Origin: Spirochaetia bacterium
GTDB lineage: Bacteria > Spirochaetota > Spirochaetia > WTKD01 > G963693115
Assembly: GCA_965196605.1 (NCBI GenBank)
Contig: CBDAKK010000004.1
Location: 65,919-129,918 of the forward strand
Reading direction: 5' to 3'
DNA: 64,000 bases
Shown here: positions 22,585 to 33,158 of the stretch, in pieces
Numbering within the stretch: position 1 is the first letter of the stretch
Layout of the letters: the number at the start of each line of letters is the position of its first letter
The notes under the pieces: generated by a model
The model's input: only the letters and a program-made list of their open reading frames with translations
Told to the model about the DNA's origin: nothing
The model's database searches: none
Made by a program: the position numbers and the translations under genes

Positions 22585-23721
22585 ATGAAATTAATAAAAG
22601 GTATTTCGACTATTATGCTAGGGCTTTTAATAGTCGCCATGGTAGCATGCGGAAAAGACGAGGGCGTTCCATATCGAGAAAAATTACTCCGTATGTCGTG
22701 GGAAAAAGTTATAGAGTACGCACAGAAAGAAGGAGAGTTGTCGTGGTTTGTGTGGTACTTGCAACCACAGTTTAGGGAAATTGCACAGGATTTTGAAGAG
22801 CATTATGGCATAAAGGTCACTATTCCAGAGGGTACCTTTGATGCAAACCAAAACAAGGCTTTGTCTGAAAAAAATCTTTCTCTTGGCTCTATTGATGTAA
22901 TGTCTTATGGTGGAGACAAGATTGCGCAGCTGTATAAAGCAGAGCTTTTTTATGGCCCAATAGATACTGTTATTCCGGGGATGGATACCCGAAGAGCGAG
23001 CATTGAAGGTGCGTCCACACAAGGCTACGGACTTGCGTACTGGGGTAACCAAACAGGCTTAGCGTATGACCCTGCTCGTATTACGGAAGCAGAGCTACCG
23101 CAAACTCTTGCGCAGTTTGAGCAGTATATGCAACAAAACCCTAAGATGCTTTCTTTCTGTGACCCAAACGGCGGAGGCTCCGGAGAGGCTTTTGTAATGA
23201 CTCTTGTGAGAAACATAGTTCCACAAGAATATGGCAATGAACTAGAGCGTGAAAAAACCGAGGCATGGGAAAAGGCGTGGAAGTGGTTTGCCGATTATTC
23301 AGATAATTACGTTATCACTTCATCAAACCCAGACAGCCTTACACGCCTTAGTGACGGTGAATTTATTATAACCGCGGCATGGGAAGACCACATGGCAAAT
23401 TTGCAAAGACAGGGCGCAATAAGCAAGGACTTGAAGTTCTACATTCCTGAAATGGGCATGGCACTCGGCGCAGGTTTTGCTTCTGTGCTTAAAAACGCCC
23501 CTCATCCCGCAGCCTCCTTGGTGTTTTTGCATTGGCTAACTTCAGAAAAAACGCAAACTACCTTTAACAAACGCATGGGCGCTGCTCCTCAAAACAGCGA
23601 GGCGGACGACTCATACGCGCTGGTGCCACAGGTTATGAGACAGTACTCTACAAGCTATGTACCCTCAGCATATCAGCTAGAAATGAAAAAGCAGTTTATA
23701 GCAAAGGTGTTAATTCAATAG
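22585..23721 (+). CDS. ABC transporter substrate-binding lipoprotein (PotD/YnjB-like)
   Basis: Lipobox MVA-C; DPNGGGSG; KNAPHPAASLVFLHWLTS; GAGGAG RBS. Confidence 0.88.
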   Translation: MKLIKGISTIMLGLLIVAMVACGKDEGVPYREKLLRMSWEKVIEYAQKEGELSWFVWYLQPQFREIAQDFEEHYGIKVTIPEGTFDANQNKALSEKNLSLGSIDVMSYGGDKIAQLYKAELFYGPIDTVIPGMDTRRASIEGASTQGYGLAYWGNQTGLAYDPARITEAELPQTLAQFEQYMQQNPKMLSFCDPNGGGSGEAFVMTLVRNIVPQEYGNELEREKTEAWEKAWKWFADYSDNYVITSSNPDSLTRLSDGEFIITAAWEDHMANLQRQGAISKDLKFYIPEMGMALGAGFASVLKNAPHPAASLVFLHWLTSEKTQTTFNKRMGAAPQNSEADDSYALVPQVMRQYSTSYVPSAYQLEMKKQFIAKVLIQ

Positions 23722-23724
23722 CGC

Positions 23725-24387
23725 ATGCACTACACAAAAGCGGTCGATTATAAGTTTCACAAGGATGGGAGCGTGAAAAAATTTTTAGGGGCAACCATCA
23801 TCAGTTTTGTAAAGCCACATGAGCCGCTTTATGCAGAAATATGTACCATACGAGAAGAAGCCGAGCATCAGGTTTACGCAAGTAAGTTTGCGTTTCTTCC
23901 CACTTCCTCGTATCACATGACCAATTTTGTGTTGTACAATGACCACCCCTCCGATAGAAACGGCATGGGGTGGTCTTCAAAAATAGGCGCAGACAGGCCT
24001 TGCGAGGAAATAAATGCACGGTTGCACGAAATGCTGCAGGGCGTGTCGTTTCCAAAGTTGTACCACATGAGGCTGAGCCACATAGACGATGCAAGTTTGC
24101 GCCTGAGACCAGCAACGCATGAAACTACGCGGGCATTGAAGGAGTTTCGTGACGCGTGCGCAGAGGCGACGGGCATTTACTTTGCCGACCATGAGAGCTA
24201 TGAATTTCATGTTACGTATGCCTACAGAATTGTGGAGCTGGAAGGTGCAGAGGAGCAGGCGCTCCAGTTATTATTACAAAAACAAACAAAGCGACTGCGA
24301 GAGAAATTGCCTGAGTTTACCATAGGTGCTCCGCAGTATTGCACATTTGAGGATATGGCTTATTTTAAGCCACATGGCTTATCTTAG
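23725..24387 (+). CDS. 2H phosphoesterase-fold protein (DUF1868-like)
   Basis: KFHKDG..F.GATII, then two H-x-T motifs (LPTSSYHMT and YEFHVTYAY). Confidence 0.8.
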   Translation: MHYTKAVDYKFHKDGSVKKFLGATIISFVKPHEPLYAEICTIREEAEHQVYASKFAFLPTSSYHMTNFVLYNDHPSDRNGMGWSSKIGADRPCEEINARLHEMLQGVSFPKLYHMRLSHIDDASLRLRPATHETTRALKEFRDACAEATGIYFADHESYEFHVTYAYRIVELEGAEEQALQLLLQKQTKRLREKLPEFTIGAPQYCTFEDMAYFKPHGLS

Positions 24388-24408
24388 CAGGTTTATAAGG
24401 AGGAAGAT

Positions 24409-25503
24409 ATGGCGCATTTATGCGTTGAAAACATAGTAAAAAAATTTGGGGACTTTTGCGCTGTAGACGATGTGTCGTTTGAAGCACAGGCAGGTGAATT
24501 TGTAACCTTGCTCGGTCCTTCGGGCTGTGGAAAAACGACCTTGCTGAAGAGCATAGGTGGTTTTTTTGATGACTTTAGCAAGGGGACCATACGCATAGGG
24601 GAAGACGTAGTAAACGGCATAGCCCCAGAAAACCGCGACACCGTAATGTGCTTTCAATCCTATGCCTTATTTCCACATTTAAGTGTTTTTAAAAACGTGT
24701 CCTTTGGCTTGGAGCAAAAAAAGATGCACAAGGCCGAAATATACGACAGGGTACAAGAAGTGCTGGAATATGTAGACATGCGGGCGCACGCTTCTAAGCT
24801 GCCGAGTGAGCTTTCAGGTGGACAACAACAGCGCGTTGCTTTAGCGCGCGCCATGGCATTGCGCCCCAGCGTCATTTTGTTTGATGAGCCCTTGTCAAAC
24901 TTGGACGCAAAGCTGCGCGAGCGCGTACGCTTTGAAATTAAAGACTTGCAAAAAAAGATGAATTTCACGGCGGTCTACGTAACGCATGACCAGCAGGAAG
25001 CCCTCGCATTGTCTGACAAAATATTGGTTATGAACAAGGGGCGCATAGAACAAACGGGAGATCCGCGCAGCATTTACAATTACCCCGTAAATCGCTTTGT
25101 CGCTGATTTTATAGGCACGGCAAATATTATGAAAGCCATGGTTGTTTCTGAAAAAGGACGTGAATATCGCATAGAAAGCCCCTTAGGCGAACTCTCGGTG
25201 TTGCGAAGCGATGAAGCTGCGCGCGAACCAGAAACCGATGCCGTGTATGTTGGTTGGCGACCGGAGAATGTGGTCTTGTTGGATGATGCGCAGGGACAAG
25301 TTACCATTCCAAACCTTATAAAGGCGCATGTTATGCACATTGCCTTTGAGGGTACCTGCGTACATGTGCTTGCCTACACGGAGCACAAAAACATGCGCAG
25401 TGAGTTTTACATACAAGCGCCACAGTCCTTTGGTGCGCGAAGTACCGATGTGTTTTATTTTCATAATAATGCCGGAAAAACTGTTTTTTTTAGAATCCTA
25501 TAA
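24409..25503 (+). CDS. ABC transporter ATP-binding protein (PotA/MalK type)
   Basis: GPSGCGKT, LSGGQQQR, DEPLSNLDAKLR, YVTHDQ. Confidence 0.95.
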   Translation: MAHLCVENIVKKFGDFCAVDDVSFEAQAGEFVTLLGPSGCGKTTLLKSIGGFFDDFSKGTIRIGEDVVNGIAPENRDTVMCFQSYALFPHLSVFKNVSFGLEQKKMHKAEIYDRVQEVLEYVDMRAHASKLPSELSGGQQQRVALARAMALRPSVILFDEPLSNLDAKLRERVRFEIKDLQKKMNFTAVYVTHDQQEALALSDKILVMNKGRIEQTGDPRSIYNYPVNRFVADFIGTANIMKAMVVSEKGREYRIESPLGELSVLRSDEAAREPETDAVYVGWRPENVVLLDDAQGQVTIPNLIKAHVMHIAFEGTCVHVLAYTEHKNMRSEFYIQAPQSFGARSTDVFYFHNNAGKTVFFRIL

Positions 25504-25518
25504 TATCAAAAATGCATT

Positions 25519-26385
25519 ATGAGCAGAAGCATATCTAAAGGAAAGCTTATATTCTTGTTGCTGCCCGGCATAGGGTACATTGCCCTTTGCATGGCAGTGG
25601 TTGTCTACATGATATGCGCCCAGAGTTTGGGGCTTTTTAATTATTCCAGTAGCTCTGAAATTTCTTTAGATCATTGGCGCGCTGTTTTGAGCGACAGGCT
25701 TACATGGAAGTTTTTTTTCTATTCCTTTCGGCAAGGCTTTTTGTCAGCCTTTGGCTCTGTACTTTTGGCCTACCCGCTTGCGCTGTGGTTAAGAAAGTCT
25801 TTTCGGGGTTCAAGCGCGCTTACGGTCTTTTTGCGCATACCCATGCTCATTCCGGGCTTGGTCGCTGCTTTTTTATTTTTAAACATCATCGCCTATCATG
25901 GCTTGTTAAATCAACTGCTTGTTTTTTTAAGAATTATAGACGAGCCAATGCGCATGCAAAACGACAAAATGGGACTGGGCATAGTGGTATTACAAATATG
26001 GAAAAACACGCCCTTTGCCGTGCTGCTTTTAAGTGCCTCCATGCGCGGTATTTCTTCAGAGGTTATACAGAGTGCACGAGACCTAGGCGCTAATAGAATA
26101 ACCCTTTTGTGGAAGGTAATATTTCCGCTTACGCTTCCTGCCATGCGCGTAGTGCTCATTATAGTTTTCATTGGGGCATTGGGTGATTTTTCGTTTAACG
26201 CCGTGGCAGGCCCGCGTAATTTGCAGTCGCTTTCGCAATATATGGTAACCCTGACGCAGCAGTTGTTTGAGGTAAACCAAGCAGCCGTTGTCGCGCTCTT
26301 GCTCATGGTAGGCTCCTTACTCGGAGTAGTACTACTGGTGTACATTACAAAAATTTTTAAAGTGCGTAGAAAGATAGAAGTATGA
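25519..26385 (+). CDS. ABC transporter permease (PotB type)
   Basis: TM helices and EAA-loop variant IQSARDLGA. Confidence 0.92.
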   Translation: MSRSISKGKLIFLLLPGIGYIALCMAVVVYMICAQSLGLFNYSSSSEISLDHWRAVLSDRLTWKFFFYSFRQGFLSAFGSVLLAYPLALWLRKSFRGSSALTVFLRIPMLIPGLVAAFLFLNIIAYHGLLNQLLVFLRIIDEPMRMQNDKMGLGIVVLQIWKNTPFAVLLLSASMRGISSEVIQSARDLGANRITLLWKVIFPLTLPAMRVVLIIVFIGALGDFSFNAVAGPRNLQSLSQYMVTLTQQLFEVNQAAVVALLLMVGSLLGVVLLVYITKIFKVRRKIEV

Positions 26386-27224
26386 AAACAAGTTATTTGC
26401 GTGTATTTACGCGCATGGAGAAGGCGTTGCTTATAGGCGCCATAATTATTGTAATGCTCACGGTTTTTGTGCCCTTGATGATGGCTGTCTTGTGGTCATT
26501 GGTTTCTTCTGAAACGCCGTGGAGTTACCCAGATGTTTTGCCCCAAAAGTTGAATTTTGACAGATGGGTGGAAGTGTGGAAATTTACCGCTATAAAAAAA
26601 GCGCTGCTTAACAGCTACATGCTAGCGCCCCTTGTCGCCTTTTTTGCCGTGCTCCTTGCCTTGCCAACTGCGTATGCCTTGGGGCGTTTTAACTTTAGGG
26701 GCAAAACCGCCGTTCAAGTTATAAGCCTCATCCCCATGATTATGCCCGGCATTGCAGTGGCTTTGTTTTTTACGCAGGCCTTGTATAGCGTGGGGTTTCG
26801 CAATCAATTTATAGGCATAGTCATGGGGCATGTGGTGGTGACCATTCCCTTTAGCATACGCATACTCTCATCAGCATTTCAGAGCATACCTCAGGACATT
26901 ATAGACGCGGCACAAGACTTGGGTGCAGGCAAGGTCAAAGTGTTTGTAACCGCCTACATGCCAAGCTTGCGCCCCGCAGTATTTGCGTCTTTTATTTTTG
27001 TGTTTATAAAAAGCATTGAAGAATTTAATATTTCTTACATTCTCGGCTCACCAAATTTTACCACAGTCCCAACCATATTGTTTAGCTTTTTGGGCTACAA
27101 CCTTGTGCGCCCCAATGCTGCGGTTGTATCGCTCATATTGTTAATACCCAACCTCATACTCATGTTTGGCATTGAAAAATTTTTACGCGCAGACAAAATG
27201 CTTGGAACGGGTGTTAAAGGCTAA
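26382..27224 (+). CDS. ABC transporter permease (PotC type)
   Basis: TM helices, IDAAQDLGA; ATGA overlap with the previous gene. Confidence 0.92.
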   Translation: MKTSYLRVFTRMEKALLIGAIIIVMLTVFVPLMMAVLWSLVSSETPWSYPDVLPQKLNFDRWVEVWKFTAIKKALLNSYMLAPLVAFFAVLLALPTAYALGRFNFRGKTAVQVISLIPMIMPGIAVALFFTQALYSVGFRNQFIGIVMGHVVVTIPFSIRILSSAFQSIPQDIIDAAQDLGAGKVKVFVTAYMPSLRPAVFASFIFVFIKSIEEFNISYILGSPNFTTVPTILFSFLGYNLVRPNAAVVSLILLIPNLILMFGIEKFLRADKMLGTGVKG

Positions 27225-27244
27225 GGGCGCCTACCAATTTTGTT

Positions 27245-28130
27245 TTTGTGGGGGCACGCCCCCACACCCCCGTGTTGTGAGACGCTGTAGTGTGCTACGC
27301 ACGTCTTTCTGTATTACAGCTCACGCTGTTTTCTATGAACGCTTTCTGTTGCCAAGCAGCTATTTTAAATATGCTATCTATTCGGATGGCTGTTCTTTTT
27401 TTCTCTTTTTTATGGAGGCAAAAAAGAGAAAAAAAGAACCAAAAAAAGAGAAAAAAGCCTCCTGTGTGCTAAAGCAGTAATAACATAGATTACTGTGCGC
27501 AACTATGAAAAAGAACCAAAACACAAGCGAAGCGAGATGGAGTCCCGTGTAATTAACATGGAGCCGACATCATGGGGCATTAAGGCTGCCAAGGACGGTA
27601 CGGGTGCAAACTATTGCATAAGCGCTTTGTGGGGGGGTGTCCCCCCACGCCCCCCGTTGACTAAGACGCTGCTTTGCGCTGCGCGTGTGAGGGCTACACG
27701 CCGTGTGTATTTCGCTTGCGCTGTGTGTGTGCACGCCATTGGTTGCCAAGCAGCTATTTTAAATACGCTATCTATTCGGATGGCTGTTCTTTTTCTTTTC
27801 TTTTACCATCCTTGGCAGCCTATGCGTGCCCTCCATGGCACGGCTGTGAGGACGCAAGAGAAGAAAAGTCGAGAGCGTAGCGACAGCCGTAGCAGGGACG
27901 CTACGCATTGGCTGCCATGGAGGGTACGGCTAGAAACGATTAAAATAAGTGTCGCGAAGCGACACAAAGATGGAGCTTATAGCAAAAGAACCAAAAAGTC
28001 GCGAGCGTAGCGAGGGGATGCAAACTATTGCATAAGCACCGCTGTGCGGTGCAAAGATGGAGCTTGCATCAAAGAAAAAAAGAACTGTCATTCGAAGTGT
28101 TTGCATAGTGCACTTATGCTTTGGCAACCA
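27245..28130. repeat. Composite modular repeat locus R4 (mostly reverse orientation)
   Basis: Reverse modules D, A (~27435-27510), E hairpin (~27929-27985) and B (~28000-28075). Internal direct repeat gttgccaagcagctattttaaata at ~27348 and ~27742. Confidence 0.85.
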
Positions 28131-28308
28131 AAATTATGGAAGTTCATACATTGAGATTAGGGCACTTGAATTCATGGTAATTTTTATAAAATATTTCAGT
28201 TGTCATACTAGGTTTCCTTAGTGTAAAATTACATTTATATATAAACAACGTAAGTAGAGGCAAAGCATATGCATTACTATGAAATACATTTTATGAGCGT
28301 AGTCAATT

Positions 28309-29730
28309 ATGGGTGAAATACGCGTAGAACACGACTTGCTTGGTGAGAAGGAGGTTTCCAATGAGTGTTACTTTGGAATACAAACTCTTCGAGCGCATGA
28401 AAATTTTAAAAACATGAGTGGAGTGCAGCTAAAGCGCTATCCGGTTTTTATATCATCATTTGCTATGGTCAAATATGCCGCCGCGCGCGCGAATCATGAT
28501 CTTGGCTTGTTAAACAAAACCATATTCGAGGCAATTGCAAACGCTTGTAAAGAAATCATAGACGGTGCTTTTCATGACCAATTTATTGTGGACATGGTAC
28601 AGGGTGGCGCTGGCACCTCTACAAACATGAATGCGAATGAGGTTATTGCAAACCGCGCTCTTGAAATAATGGGGCATAAAAAGGGTGAATATCAGCATTG
28701 CCATCCCAACAATCACGTTAATTTGTCGCAGTCGACTAATGATGTCTACCCTACTGCATTACGTATTGCGCTTTGGCGGCACAACCAGCACTTGATACAA
28801 GATATAACACTCTTAGTGGGAGCCTTGAGAAAAAAGGGTGTCGAGTTTAAAAACATCATCAAAATGGGGCGCACGCAGCTGCAAGATGCGGTGCCCATGA
28901 CTTTGGGGCAAGAGTTTGAGTCCTATGCAGTTACGCTTGAAGAAGAAGTTGAGCGCTTATTGGAAATGGCAAATTTGTTTTTAGAAGTCAATATTGGAGC
29001 TACGGCAATTGGTACGGGCATAAACGCAGAGCCTGAATATTCGCAATTGTGCATAAAATATTTGCGCGAGATGAGTGGAGAATACGTGAAGCTTTCAAGT
29101 AACCTTATGGAGGCAACACACGATACGGGTTCTTACATTATATACTCTTCTGCGCTCAAACGGCTTGCGGTGAAACTTTCAGTAATTTGTAACGATTTGC
29201 GCTTGCTCTCTTCTGGCCCGCGTTGTGGACTTAATGAAATAAACTTACCGCCTATGCAACCCGGATCCTCCATTATGCCCGGTAAGGTTAACCCCGTAAT
29301 TCCAGAACTCATGAATCAAATTTCTTTCAAGGTTATAGGCAACGACTTATGTGTCACCATGGCAGCCGAGGCAGGGCAGTTGCAACTGAATGCTATGATG
29401 CCCATAATTACGCAGAGTATTTTTGAGTCGGCTCGCATGTTGGAAAAGGGAATAAGAGTTTTGACTAGCCATTGTATAAACGGCATTAGCGCTAATGAGC
29501 AACGTTGTCGTGACATGGTCATGAGCAGCATAGGCATTGTGACCGCGCTTGCACCTATTTTAGGGTATGAGACTACTTCTAGCCTTGCAAAGGAAGCCCT
29601 AGAGACAAACAAAAACGTCTTTGATCTTGTTAGGGAAAAAAAGTTATTTTCAGACGAAGAAATAGAGCAGCTTTTGTCGCCAGAAAAAATGCTGAGTTCT
29701 CGCCTTATGAGTACGCATTCTAAAGAATAA
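28309..29730 (+). CDS. aspA: Aspartate ammonia-lyase
   Basis: GGAGTSTNMNANEV, SQSTND, GRTQLQDAVP, GSSIMPGKVNP. Confidence 0.95.
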   Translation: MGEIRVEHDLLGEKEVSNECYFGIQTLRAHENFKNMSGVQLKRYPVFISSFAMVKYAAARANHDLGLLNKTIFEAIANACKEIIDGAFHDQFIVDMVQGGAGTSTNMNANEVIANRALEIMGHKKGEYQHCHPNNHVNLSQSTNDVYPTALRIALWRHNQHLIQDITLLVGALRKKGVEFKNIIKMGRTQLQDAVPMTLGQEFESYAVTLEEEVERLLEMANLFLEVNIGATAIGTGINAEPEYSQLCIKYLREMSGEYVKLSSNLMEATHDTGSYIIYSSALKRLAVKLSVICNDLRLLSSGPRCGLNEINLPPMQPGSSIMPGKVNPVIPELMNQISFKVIGNDLCVTMAAEAGQLQLNAMMPIITQSIFESARMLEKGIRVLTSHCINGISANEQRCRDMVMSSIGIVTALAPILGYETTSSLAKEALETNKNVFDLVREKKLFSDEEIEQLLSPEKMLSSRLMSTHSKE

Positions 29731-29777
29731 ACCAAGGCAACAGCACACACAGTACGTGCGTAATGTTTAATGAAACG

Positions 29778-29813
29778 AAAAAAAGGATGTGAAGGTTGCT
29801 TCACATCCTTTTT
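29778..29813. terminator. Bidirectional intrinsic terminator between convergent aspA and pntB
   Basis: AAAAAAAGGATGTGAAG-GTTG-CTTCACATCCTTTTT: perfect stem with A and T tails. Confidence 0.85.
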
Positions 29814-29844
29814 GTTTTAACAAGAGCCTTATGTTGTAAGCATG

Positions 29845-31251
29845 CTATATGCTGGCAATTTCCGCCTTGAGCTTGGTTAAACTGTCTTTAGCATCACCAA
29901 ACAGCATGCGCGTGTTGTCTTTAAAAAACAGTGGGTTTTCTACGCCTGCGTAGCCTGCACGCATGCTGCGCTTGAGTACCACAACTGTTTTTGCCAACTT
30001 TACGTCCAAAATAGGCATGCCGTAAATTGGGCTACCGGGGCTGTCTTGCGCTGCGGGGTTTACAACGTCATTTGCGCCAATTACCAGCACAACGTCCGTG
30101 CTCGGAAACTGCTCATTTGCAGGCTCCAATTCAAGCAGCTTTTCATACGGTACTTGTGCCTCTGCCAACAACACGTTCATGTGCCCCGGCATGCGGCCGG
30201 CCACTGGGTGTATGGCATAGGTAACTTGCACTCCACCAGCACTCAGCACCTTTTCGAGGTCATGGCAGGCGTGCTGCGCTTGTGCTACTGCAAGACCATA
30301 CCCCGGCACTACAACTACTTGCCCTGCATACTTCAGCTGAATTGCTAAGTCACCGAGGCTCACTTCTTGTATGCTTTTGCCTTCTGCGCCCTCTACTGAC
30401 GAACCTGATGATCCAAAGCCTCCGATGATTACGTTAAGGAGGGAGCGGTTCATTGCCTTACACATGAGTATAGTTAGTATGGTGCCAGAAGAGCCGACTA
30501 AAATACCGCCTACTACCATAAAGTTGTTGTTGTACAAAAGCCCCGAGATTGACGCTGCAATACCGCTAAAAGAATTGAGCAAGGATATAACCACGGGCAT
30601 GTCACCACCACCTATGGGCGTGACAAAGGTAAACCCGTAGACAAGCGATGCTACCATGAGTAAGGCTAGCATTCCAATAGAATTTGGACCTTGCGCAATG
30701 ATGGTGTACCCAAGAAAAACATTGACAGCCAAAACAAGCAGGTTTATAATTTGCGGGAACGGCAACTTAATTTTGTCACGCAAAGCCCCAGAAAGTTTGC
30801 CCCATGCTACTACCGAACCCGAGAGTGTTATAGAGCCTACAAAAATGGCGAAGACTCCGGTAATAACGCCTGCGACCGTGATGGCCGCACCGCCTTGCGA
30901 AACCTTGTACATTTCTGTAAAACCTATGAGCATGGAACAGCCGCCACCAAAGCCATTAAAGAGTGAAACCATTTCAGGCATGGCAGTAAGCGGTACTTTT
31001 ACCGATGCTACATAGCCAACCGCAGAACCGAGCGCTAAGGCGAGAAAGATGATAACTAAAGCACCTATGGGATTTTGTGCGTTGCTAATGGGCACAAAAA
31101 GAATGACCAATATACCTATTGCCATGCCCACAGCACCAATAAAGTTGCCTCTACGTGCGGTGTCAGGATGCCCCATGTTTTTTATGCCGTAGATAAACAA
31201 TATGGTTCCAAGTAAATAGAGAACTTTTACAAGTAGTTCTGTGTAATTCAT
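29845..31251 (-). CDS. pntB: NAD(P) transhydrogenase beta subunit
   Basis: VPGYGLAVAQAQH, IHPVAGRMPGHMNVLLAEA, GANDVVNPAA. Confidence 0.96.
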   Translation of the reverse strand: MNYTELLVKVLYLLGTILFIYGIKNMGHPDTARRGNFIGAVGMAIGILVILFVPISNAQNPIGALVIIFLALALGSAVGYVASVKVPLTAMPEMVSLFNGFGGGCSMLIGFTEMYKVSQGGAAITVAGVITGVFAIFVGSITLSGSVVAWGKLSGALRDKIKLPFPQIINLLVLAVNVFLGYTIIAQGPNSIGMLALLMVASLVYGFTFVTPIGGGDMPVVISLLNSFSGIAASISGLLYNNNFMVVGGILVGSSGTILTILMCKAMNRSLLNVIIGGFGSSGSSVEGAEGKSIQEVSLGDLAIQLKYAGQVVVVPGYGLAVAQAQHACHDLEKVLSAGGVQVTYAIHPVAGRMPGHMNVLLAEAQVPYEKLLELEPANEQFPSTDVVLVIGANDVVNPAAQDSPGSPIYGMPILDVKLAKTVVVLKRSMRAGYAGVENPLFFKDNTRMLFGDAKDSLTKLKAEIASI

Positions 31252-31583
31252 GAGGAAGCCTCCTGCGCATCGTTTTTCTTAAATTTTTCTAGCATGCGGT
31301 TGGTGACGGCAAAGCCTCCGACAACATTTATCATGCCCAAAAAGACGGCAAGAGCACCAAGCGTAATAGCAAGTGGGTCTTGAAACCCCGCCACTCGTAC
31401 AAGGTAAATGCCTCCTACTACCGTCACCCCACTTATTGCGTTTGCCCCTGACATAAGCGGCGTGTGCAAGAGCGTGGGTACTTTCCCTATTATCTCCATA
31501 CCTACAAAGGTTGCAAAAATAAGCAGGGTGATAACATCAAAATTGACGCTAAGCCAATCGAGAATTGAAGTAATTATATTCAT
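31248..31583 (-). CDS. pntAB: NAD(P) transhydrogenase alpha subunit, membrane part
   Basis: VPTLLHTPLMSGANAISG, NVVGGFAVTNRML. Confidence 0.93.
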   Translation of the reverse strand: MNIITSILDWLSVNFDVITLLIFATFVGMEIIGKVPTLLHTPLMSGANAISGVTVVGGIYLVRVAGFQDPLAITLGALAVFLGMINVVGGFAVTNRMLEKFKKNDAQEASS

Positions 31584-31604
31584 AGTTCTCTCCTTAAATT
31601 TGTA

Positions 31605-32702
31605 TTATTTATAATATTTTTTGCCTGCGTTGACAATGCAGCTTTTTTCCACGACTTCGTGTTCTAAAGACAGCTTGTACTTACCCTTGTCGTCAAGCAA
31701 AAATTTAAAAAAGTTTATGATGTTTTTGCTAAAGAGTAGCGAAGCATGCGCAGGCACTTCTTCTGACAAATCTGAATTGCCCACAATGGTAACGCCCTTG
31801 TGGTTGACAACTTTTTGGTCCTTAGTCAACTCGCAGTTGCCCCCCGTAGAGGATGCAAGGTCGATGACAACGCTGCCTAACGGCATTTGTTCCACCATTT
31901 TTTTGCTAACCAGCTTAGGCGCAGGCTTGCCTCTAAGCTGAGCGGTGCTAATAACAACGTCTGACTTTTGTATGCTCTTTTCAAGTGCTGCCTTCTGTCG
32001 TTTTTGGTAGTCCGCAGTTTGCTCTACGGCGTAACCTCCCGCTCCCTTGTCGTCTGTAGCGCCCTCAACCTCTACAAATTGTGCGCCCAAACTCTTTACC
32101 TCGTCTCGCACGGCTGCGCGGGTGTCAAAAGCCTGTACTACAGCACCCAAGCGGCGTGCCGTTGCAATGGCTTGCAAGCCCGCAACCCCTGCGCCTATTA
32201 CCAAAACCTTGGCAGGTGGAATGCTGCCCGCTGCCGTTGTGAGCATGGGGAAGTACTTTGGCAAATACTGCGCCGCAACCAGCACCGCACGGTAGCCTGC
32301 AATGGAGCCAAGAGACGAAAGAACGTCTGCCGACTGTGCAACGGTTACCCTCGGTATCATGTCGAGGCTAAATATTGTATGCGATTTCTTCGCATAGCCT
32401 GAGAGCTTTTTCTCATTATCAAACGGCGCATATCGAGAAATAAACACCGCCGAGGCCTTTGCCTTAGCTTGGTCGACCGTTGAAACGGGGTTAAGCGTAA
32501 TGAGTATGTCAGACGATGCTATGACAGACGCCTTTGTCGCTATTTTTACCTTTTGTGCCTTGTACAAAGCGTCGCTATAGCCTGCACTCTCGCCTGCCTT
32601 TGCAACCATTTGTACCGTAATTCCCATTTTTTGTATTTGAGGGATTACATCAGGCACTATGGCAACACGCGTATCTTGTTCGTTTAGTATACCTAATACC
32701 AT
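31605..32702 (-). CDS. pntAA: NAD(P) transhydrogenase alpha subunit, NAD(H)-binding part
   Basis: AGYRAV, MLTTAAG, GAGVAGLQAIATARRLGA, GGYA, GGNCE. Confidence 0.95.
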   Translation of the reverse strand: MVLGILNEQDTRVAIVPDVIPQIQKMGITVQMVAKAGESAGYSDALYKAQKVKIATKASVIASSDILITLNPVSTVDQAKAKASAVFISRYAPFDNEKKLSGYAKKSHTIFSLDMIPRVTVAQSADVLSSLGSIAGYRAVLVAAQYLPKYFPMLTTAAGSIPPAKVLVIGAGVAGLQAIATARRLGAVVQAFDTRAAVRDEVKSLGAQFVEVEGATDDKGAGGYAVEQTADYQKRQKAALEKSIQKSDVVISTAQLRGKPAPKLVSKKMVEQMPLGSVVIDLASSTGGNCELTKDQKVVNHKGVTIVGNSDLSEEVPAHASLLFSKNIINFFKFLLDDKGKYKLSLEHEVVEKSCIVNAGKKYYK

Positions 32703-32870
32703 ACTAACCTCCTTGAAGTGTTAATGTAGTTAATTTTTTTAGATGCGTATAAATAATAGTGTAGTTTATATAAAGCATTTACTCAAATAAAATACTAAAA
32801 TTATGCCTTAAAAAATAGCGTAGCGACAATGCATCATGAGAGTACTTGCGCCTCCCGATAGTAAAAAAGC

Positions 32871-33096
32871 TATGTCGACATACCTTTTCTACCATTGCCC
32901 ATGGGCCACAGAAAAACACTGGTGTTTTTTTTAAATTGTCTAGACTTGTTGGGCAAAAAGTCCCCATGAATTGGAGAAAAACACTGGTGTTTTTTGCACA
33001 GGCACTGCTACAGGGTGTTGTGTGCCCGCACAGGCTTGTAAGGCATGACTTGGGAGGCTTGTCCACACCAAAGGCAAAGGTGACTTTGTCGACATA
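32871..33096. promoter_or_regulatory. Cluster of palindromic/operator-like motifs between divergent pntAA and leuS
   Basis: AAAAACACTGGTGTTTTT at 32912-32929 and 32977-32994; TATGTCGACATA 32871-32882; TTGTCCACA 33059-33067; TTGTCGACATA 33086-33096. Confidence 0.45.
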
Positions 33097-33158
33097 ACTT
33101 CTTTACTATTGCCTCTATAAAGTGGTTACGTGAATTCAGGCTGTGGTATTATAAAACA

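Noticed and set aside
32950-33158. T-box riboswitch upstream of leuS
   Set aside because: No GGTGG-ACC T-box motif or terminator; an extended -10 lies 6 nt before the ATG.
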